Below, piece by piece: positions 51,630-61,000 of a DNA stretch of 64,000 nucleotides. The stretch comes from Octopus sinensis (lineage: Eukaryota), in contig NC_042997.1 of the NCBI RefSeq assembly GCF_006345805.1, forward strand, positions 96,968,001 to 97,032,000, read 5' to 3'. Each line of letters starts with the position of its first letter. Position 1 is the stretch's first letter. The translations under genes and the position numbers were made by a program. The notes below the pieces were generated by a model that was not told where the DNA came from, searched no databases, and saw only the letters and a program-made list of their open reading frames with translations.

Positions 51630-54600
51630 GAATACCATATTTATGTGTATATATATATGTACACATATACATATACACATAAAGAGAGGGGGAGAGGGAG
51701 AGGCAGACAGACTGACTGACAGAAAGAAAAAGGAGAAAGAGAAAGAAACAGACAGACTGAGACAGTGCGAGTGAGGGAGAGAGAAAATATATAGTTAGAA
51801 CGCTGTTAATATTTCGCGTTTAAATGTAATAATAATTTCGAAAAGTTTGTGCACAGTTTTGCATACTATGGCAGCTAGGAACTAATCTATTGTTTTATTG
51901 TTTCACACTTATATTTGTGAGTATTTCGAAACTATTCACTTTCCTATTCCTCTATAACGGGGAACTGTTAGTTTTTATAAACTTTCGATTGTAATTCAAA
52001 CATTACGCAAATTATATATTCGTAGAGCTTAATATTCGAATATATTTTAGAAGTTTTAACCAATGTGAACGGGAAAGAATGAAAGAATAAATGAGTTTCT
52101 ATTTTCCATCATTTGATAATGTGAACTAACTTTCCAAACCTATGACTTTTTTTTTAAATAAGGAATTTCAATAACGATTGCATTTGATATATTTTGTGTA
52201 ATATACATTTGCCTCTCGGCATTGTTAATGATAGTGGTGGAACACTCTAAGTAAAATCGATTTTATATCATTATATACAAATTTAAAAGTGAAACAATAA
52301 AAGAACAGACTGTTTTCTATTTTCCATTTCATTTTACTTGAAACCTCATGCTAACCTTATGAGGATATTGGTTTTAACAGCGTAATTGCATTAAACTATT
52401 TAAATTTCAAACTATTCCTATACAATATACACAGTCTAATCTAAATGCATGACCTCATAACCGTTGCTTAAAATGCAACAATTGGAGATACTTGGTAGAA
52501 AAAATGCCTCTTAGAAGATAATACATGCTGGAACTAAACATTGCAAGTAACTGAAGTTTCAAGGAAGACGAGAAGCCTGTGTGTTATCATAATGATTGCC
52601 TGTTCTCCGTCCAATCCTCAGCCACTTGTACGGCATGATAGAAACAACGAATTTAACAATAGTTAAAACCCCCTCACCTGCCAGCTACCACCAATTTTTG
52701 TTTAAAATACTCTGCAATCCATGGCAGGCACGGATCTGGTACGTGGTGAACAGCCACTCTCATCATGAACTGCAGCTGCGGCTCTCAGTCAGGTGACTCT
52801 TCTCGCTACTCATTGACATTGAACACCAAACGAACCACATAGAGTTCCAGAAAAAAAGAATTTCACACTAAGATCACACAATTGATTATAACTGACTAGT
52901 ACAGAATCATAACTTTTTTGATCTACTTGATTTTGATAAAGGTTCCTTCTCTAAAAGTATAGTGTTATTGTATAGTCTTTATCTTGAATTATTGTAACTA
53001 TGCTCACGAGTGGCAGCACTGCTCATTCTGCTTTAAATACAGCATGGTCATGTCACAAGAAACTCCGGCCTCGTAAAAAAAAACAGTCCGTGAAAGCACA
53101 GTGGAAGGGGAACGAAAGCAAAGCGGGGCAAGGATAAGATGAGCTTTTAACATCAGAAAGTGGACAGGCGTCAATTTCGCCGACTCACAGAGAACAGCAG
53201 AAGACCGACAGAAGTGTCAAAATCTGGATGCGACGTCGTTAATGAATACCCCAACAACCACAGGATCAAGGAATAGGACAGGATAGATAGATACTTACCA
53301 AGGAAGAAGAAACTTTTATTTCTCGATTTCCCAATGTCCTATCAGTTATTTCAGTTCAAGTGCCTTCGGTTTCTAGTAACACACGTTATGACTATCTCAG
53401 AGGCAATCTCACAATATTGCTCGAGTTGGTATAAGTTCATGTTTTCTTTTATGGTCGGTTCTATGTTGCATGATGACATGCAAGACAAACATTATTTCAT
53501 CAGAGCACCGAGGAGCAGAACAAGAAATGTTGGCTACCTTCCTAAATAACGTTAGAAATGCTTCTATTTTGTTTCATATCAATTTCGAATTACAAGAAAA
53601 TATACAAAGTAAAGCATACATTTTTAGTCACGAAATTAAACAATAAACTTTACACATCATAGAAGCCTGGATATATCAGGTCATCCCATAAGTTCTGTCT
53701 GAATTTTGAATAAAGAAAACAAGTGATCAAATGTTGTATTTAATTGAAATTTAATCCTCGATGTACTTTCCCTGGTTATCTATGACTTCCTTCCATCTAT
53801 TTACAAGCTTTTTAATCTCATCAATGTAAAACGTTTTTGGTTTCAAAACAAAGAACTCTGAAATGTCAGTTTCGACCTCCTCCTGACAACCGAAAGTTAT
53901 GTCCCCCAAATGATACTGTAAACTACGAAACAAATGGTAGTCTGAAGGAGCGATGTCGGAGGAATAAGGTGGATGAGGAAATTTTTCCCCAACCAAGCTC
54001 TTCCATCTTCTGTGACGGGATCTTTGCAGTGTGGAGTCGCGCATTGTCCTGATGAAACATCAGCCCTTTTCGATTCACTAAAGCGGGTCTTTTTTTCTTC
54101 AAAGCTTAATTCAAACGCTCAAATTGCTGACAGTAGACTTGAGCATTGATTGTTGCATTAGATGGTAACAATTCAAAGTGAATTACTCCTTTCCAATCAC
54201 ACCAGATAGAGAGAAGATCCTGTTTCCCATGAAGTTCCTTTCTCGGTTGTGTTTTTTTCCTTTTCACCAAGCCACTGTTTACGACGTTTAACATTTCGAT
54301 AGAAGATCCATTTTTCGTCACCATTCACAAGTCTATCCAAAAAAGGGTGAAATGAGTTCGCGAAAATTGAGAGAAGAGCAGATGTCAACTCGAGATTTGC
54401 GGTTGCTTTCGGACAATTCATGAGGCACCCAGTTTCCAAGTTTGGGAACCATTCCAAGTTGTTGAAGAGGACGATGAACAGTTGTATGGTTTGAACTAAG
54501 ATTTATTGCCAATTCTTCAGCTGATAATGCAGGATGTTCTTCAAGTAATGCCTCAAGGAGCTTATCATCAAACTCAACTGAACGTCCTGTTCGATCTTCA

Positions 54601-55016
54601 TCTTCAAGGCTGAAATCTCCACTTTTGAATTTTGCAAACCATCTTCTGCAAGTTCTTTCATTCAAGCATTCTTTCCCATAAACTGAGTGTATGTTTCGAG
54701 TCACTTCGGCTGCAGAGTTTCCTTTTATATGTCTTAAATGCTCTTTGGATACTTCCATGTTAGAAAGGGTTTCAATCAAAGAAATGTTAATTCTATTATT
54801 CTGTAATATAATATTTAGTTAGTTTAAATGTACACAAATGCATAAAAATAATTTTTAATTCCATTAGACATTCTAAAATACTATTAAATTTCATCCAATT
54901 TTAAAAAAAGTAAAATCGGACAGAACTTATGGGATGACCTGATATTTATTACTAGATATATAGAATATCTTGTAATTAAATAACTTATAGCAAGTGGAAT
55001 GATGCCCTATCTCTGC

Positions 55017-55057
<41 letters not shown>

Positions 55058-58000
55058 TGTGCGCGTGCGTGTGTGTGTGCGCGCATGTGTGTGAATACAC
55101 CAACACTACATATTTGTGCATCTCCAGAGATTCTATCATCATTGCTTTGACAACTAAGGTGACATCTATACTTCGTGAGTAGCGTGAATAAGACCGAAAG
55201 ATGTCAGGAGCTGACATATTATCCATTTGCTAGATTTGCCTTTTTTCACATCCAGGGCATAAAATATTTCAACACTATTGTACTTCTTTTTGCTATGAAC
55301 TGTGTTTCAATGTAATTTCTTTGAGCAGGATATTCTTCTCTAAGCAATTTTAATTTCCCACATCAAGCAATGGACAGTATTGTACATTTACTTAGTGATT
55401 CTAAGCAAATTTATCACTATGTTAAATATGTTAACACTATTTTATCTCATCGAATAGGGAATGTACTAATCGTTGTCTTATACCTTTGTGCTAATGTATT
55501 TGTTTAATGAAATCCTAACCGTGTCGGCAAGTGACTGCAAACACGGTAAATACGTCAGCTATTACAGGATATATCTGAACGCCTCGTAACCAGATAATCC
55601 AAAAAATGTTTAGATGAGGTTATTTAGCCCAAGGTCCGGAATAACTGAACATGCCAGTGACCAAACGCGTTCTGTCCATGACGACTATGACGATAAAATA
55701 TCTAACTAGATATATTATGTCTTCTAAATAATTTCTAAGAGTGTTAGATGTAATTGGAGAGTGGATAAGATGCTATTTCTATCAGGTCAAGATGCACGTA
55801 GAGACTACACCGTTGGTTCGAAATGGATGACATTGAGAGTAAAATGTTTTAATAGTTTTAGCTTTCTTTACCTTTAACCAAAACTGAACATTTTAAATGA
55901 AAGAGGTTAGGTTGTAATGGTGTATGATTAAACTTTAATTTGCATTTATTTTATATTGTTTAGTAGGAAATTTGCACGGTTTCAGAAAGAATTGTTGTTG
56001 CGTTGAAAAGAGAACATTGCATTGATTGAGAAAGTCTATAATCGGACTGGTGGGTTCAGAACAAGAATTGAAACAACTAGTAGAGCGCCTAGACAAGACT
56101 TCCAATGAATTTGGCGAGAAAACAAGTTATGACAAACTGCCTAAATGAAATCAGTACCAACATAAGCGAGAGTGGAGTTGCGCTTGAACAAGTGAAAAAC
56201 TTCAAATGTCTTGGGGTAATAGTGAGTGACCAAAGTTCCAAGCACGAGGTGATGTCCGGCATTGCCAAAGCAATAGCAGCAATGTCCAAATTCAGAACAC
56301 TGTAGAAAGACAGAAATATCTCACTGAGCTCCAAAAAAGGCTAATGAGACCACTAGTGATCTTATTATTCCTGAAATCCTGTGATATATGGACACTGACA
56401 ACAGAAATCGAAAGAATTCAGACTAAAGTGATGAGATGTTTCAAGAGATTTTTGGAAATATCATACAGAGATCGTGTCACAAATGGGGAAGTGAAAAGAA
56501 GAATAAGGTAGACAATAGGGCCCTATGAGGAACTTATTACCGCAGTAAAGAAATGCAAGCCCAAGTGGTTTTGGGCATGTCACCCGCCCATCAGGGATGG
56601 CCAAAAGAATCCTTCAGGGAACAGTCAAAGGTGGCAGACGCAGAGGCAGAGAAAGGGGTAGAAAAACATTTGTGAGTGGACAGGTCTAAAGGTGAGAGAT
56701 GCAGTGGGAGATGCAGAAGACAGAGACGGGCGGAGGGATCTAGTCGCAGACATCAGTGGTGCCCCAACTGTCAGTTAGACTACGGGATATGTAATGTAAT
56801 GTAATAATCAATGATATCCAAGCAGTGACATTCCCGCAAAGTTTTTCAGACATAGTATACTAAATGCATCCTTTTTTATTTAGAAATTCTTCGCAGTCAC
56901 TCAATCTTCAAGAAATAGCAGCTAAGTCTTCCTCAGAGCACACGTAAACAACTTTTCTCACAGCCAGTAAGTATTTAAAGAAAGCTATCAGATTTTCATG
57001 AAATGGTAAGAAAATGTGTTAATTAAATATTTCTTTTTCTTTTTCGTGGTTATTAAATTTGCTTTGATTATTGATTTCTGTGGACGAGTAACATAACCAA
57101 TATTTATAGTTGTATAATCTACTGAACTGGGTGATGTATAGTTCCGAAATTATTTTATCGTCACAGAAATAACGAAATACAATATAGTGCCAATGTATAA
57201 AAACTAAAACAAAATAATTGTTGTGAATCATTTGGTGCTACAGTTTCTGACTACTCGCGTCGATTTCATATCGATTTTAAGTGTATTATTTGATCTAGCC
57301 TTAGAGTTATATACTTCCAGCGAAGGAAATTATATCACAAAATGTATTTGCGATAGGTCAAGAGCTGAATTTTAAGGGAAATGACATGTCAGTTCAACTT
57401 TCTTTCTACTTCCAGCGTTGGAAGTAAATTAAAACTGTCATAAACTGACATGATTCAAAACAAGACTCATTACTATCTACCAGCAGGTTGCTCTAGAAAT
57501 TCCTTGTACATAGTAAAGCAGTAATAAGCTCATTGTGAGGTTGTATGAACAAGCTTCGAATGTAAATATTTCTTTTATACTACAAAATGCCTGGCCAAGA
57601 AACATATATATATATATATATATATATACATACTATGTTCATTTTAAATATGATTCCATGCTTATTTACTGGAAAAGGAAACAATTATCTAGCCAAATAC
57701 GTAAGCCTCAAGGAAATCGGACAAGGTAGTATAACAAACACACTTATAAATTTCTAGATATCTTTAAAAGGTAATCAGGTGACTTCATCCATATTTTAGA
57801 AAGCAGCCCTAACAACAAAAAGAGAACGGTCCAAGATTGAAGTTAATGGTGCCGATCAGTGACTACTTCTATACCAATTCTTTCTCCCCTTTGAGTTGGT
57901 TGTATAATCTCAAAAAGAAAAGTACTTCGCTATTTCTCGTTTTGAATCATGAGCCCTTTTATCTCTTTTTGTTTGTTTTTTGTTTGTTTGGTTTTTTTAA

Positions 58001-61000
58001 TTACTACCACAATCTACTGAAGATTCACTTTATATATCTACATATAATTTCCATGAAGACAGCATAGCTGATGTTGCCGATTGAGAACCCCTGAGCTGTT
58101 TTTTCGATACCTCACACTATGTCGTATCGTCAGAGCTAGGTTACATGCTCTAAGGCTTGCAAATACAAAAATGTGCTATTATTCTTTCTTAACATATTTT
58201 TAACTAGAATTTTATCCTGGTGCTTTTCAGTTGTTGCTTTTTGTTTTGTTTTGCTTTGTTTTTGTTTTTGGTTTCCTTTCTTTTTACAATATCTGGACTA
58301 TCTTTTGCGTCATTCATTGTGCCTCACGTTCTATGCTTATTTTATTTATGCATTTTCTTACAGTCTTCACCACAGGTGATTTCTTCGCTGCCATTATCCT
58401 CCCCAGAATTCTACTTCTCATGCTACTGGAGCTGGGGGTTTGTTAATTTTTACTTTATTCTTCCTACTTCTTGATTTTTTTTTTCACAGTGTCGCTATCG
58501 TTTTTTTATCAAAATATACTTCACGATTTAGTGAGGGTTCCTTGTTTCCTGCCCTTTCCGACTACCGATACTTCTGTACTATTTGTCTCCCTTTACTCAA
58601 CTGCGTCGTTTCAATGTTGATTTCCTTAAGGCCTGAAAGCTTGAGAGGTATTTCTCTTACTATCTTTTTTTTTTATTTGTCTTCCATGTTGTTTACTTGA
58701 GTTCAAAATTCCTATATGAGTAGATCTGAGAAATTCGCTACTTTGTTTTGTACTTGCGTATATTATGTCGTTTGACATGACAATGTTGCTATTTATGCTT
58801 TTTTACATAATTTTATATTTGCTAGCTTTACACTTTTCATCGGTATTTCAATTTTTATGACTGGCTTTTGTCCAAAAGTTTGTTTTTCTTCTCAAAGGTA
58901 AAATGTTTATCTCTTGCAGTTTACTTTCCTTTTTACTTCTTTCTTGAGTTTTGAAATTTATTGCAGGTATTAAAAAAAACTATTCAGCTCTGGCGTCTTT
59001 GGTGTCGTAGTTGAAGGAGACATCCACAATTGTTGTTGTGGCATGAATGTAAACAACAACAAACCTTACAAAGTAAAAGTTCAATTTAAAAAGATATGGA
59101 TTCCAACATGAGAAAGCAAATTCTTTCAGAACTATCGTGAGTAACAAAACTCAATATTAACAATAGGACTTTGAGCAATAAAAATAGGAAAAATATTACG
59201 TATGTTAGCAGAAATTACAACAATAGGAACAATGACACAGCAACATACTTTGTCAGTGTCGCTGGGGAGGACAATGAACTGCAATTGCTATACATTAAGA
59301 TAAAAATAAATAAGATATACGGTGCATTGCGAAAAGTTACAGCTCTTTGCTTCAGGAATTAATAGAAAAAAGGGGAAGATGAAAAAAGGGCAGCGACTTA
59401 TCTCTGTTTCTCACTGACAAGTAGCCAGAGCTTTGACATGCATCGATAAATCTAACACGGAAATCGATAAAGCGGACTGAAAGAAAAACGACATACATAT
59501 ATCAAGTTATAGATTTGTTTCCTGATAATTGGGTGAAAAAACGTGAGGATCAAGATCATGATACATGATACATGAGTGAGAAAATAGACTCATGCCTGTT
59601 TATGACTTTCGTGAAATATTATGAGTTGAGATAATCACTAAAAGTATTGGTCGGGAGTCGGAATACAACATTGAATCTTAATAATTCTCACGGATCATAA
59701 GGCCATCCGAGCAATAGGTTCCATCAGGTTTTTAACCCTTGGATCGGTCAGTCTCGTATAGCTGGACAGAAAATTCAGGTGCAACATATATTATAGGAAA
59801 ACCACGTTAAGGCTTCCTACACAGCAAAAACAGAGCATAAAGAGAAGGGAAAAACAAGAGCAGACGACAAATGACGCCATTTGCAACTCAACAGATCCCT
59901 GAACTACAAAGCAAGAGTCCCTGGCGCCACCAGTGCTTTTCTAAAGATATCCTGATACCATCAGTACTTTTCTTAATATGGCCTGGTTAAAAATGAACCC
60001 GCCTCAGCAGCAGCAGTGGCAATGAGGGTGAAGTGCCTAATAGTAAAGGCATCTCCTCATATATTATAAATCCAATTAGAAACTCAATCATTGTTTCCAA
60101 TTTATCGTCTTTCTATGACGTGGAGAAAACTGAACATGGGATCACTAGTCAACAAAGTGACGAGAAGGTCAGGAAAGGGCCAAAACAAGTCTAAAGACTA
60201 GGTCAGTCATGCTCACTCATAGAAAGTCTGCCAGCCGCCCACATTTTCTCGGCAGAGCTCTAAAAAAGTAAAAGAAATTAAAAATACTATTTCTGGTGGG
60301 GGTGAAAATAAGGTGATTTTTCTGCGGACCTCCAGAACGACAGACTTTTGCCTGGAAAAATAACAGTAGTGTATCAATGGATAGAAATGCTCTTTCTGTA
60401 TCACGTGGGGGAAATTATTTGATGAGTCAAGTTCTTGACAGTTTACTGCCAGCTAACAATTCCAAAGGAAAATAAACCGTCGGTTGGCTATTCCTTTTTA
60501 TTCTTCCCGATAACAATAATAGGATTAGAAATTTAATATTTGAATATTAGTAGTCTGAGACACCTAAAATTTTGATGACTGCATAATGACTTTTCACTAG
60601 ATGTGATAGTCAGCGGAGAAACAAGATTTTCAGACACTCAAACACTTACACTTCTCCTATCTGACAAGTGTATGCCCCTTTTGGTTGAACTATGTCCTGT
60701 TGAATGGCTGTGTAATTTAAGAAAGATCTAAGTCTCGGGACAAGGACCATCTTCCGAGATCCAGGCGACATGTTAACGATACTAGACATGAATGGTAGCA
60801 TAGGTGGTTCCCTGAAACTTTGGATCGTTTGTTCCGATACATAAGAATTTTGTATTTTCTTTACAACCATGTCATTTTTGTCAATATGAGATCTTGTCGA
60901 CTAAGACAAATTTGCTTTATCAGGTAGGTTTTTCAACTAATGAATTCGCTTGCTTCATTATATAACCTCTTTTGATATTAAAAAAAATATTGTCTACAAA

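Noticed and set aside
58173-58700. Hydrophobic plus-strand ORFs resembling membrane proteins
   Set aside because: T-rich antisense of an A-rich decayed LINE.
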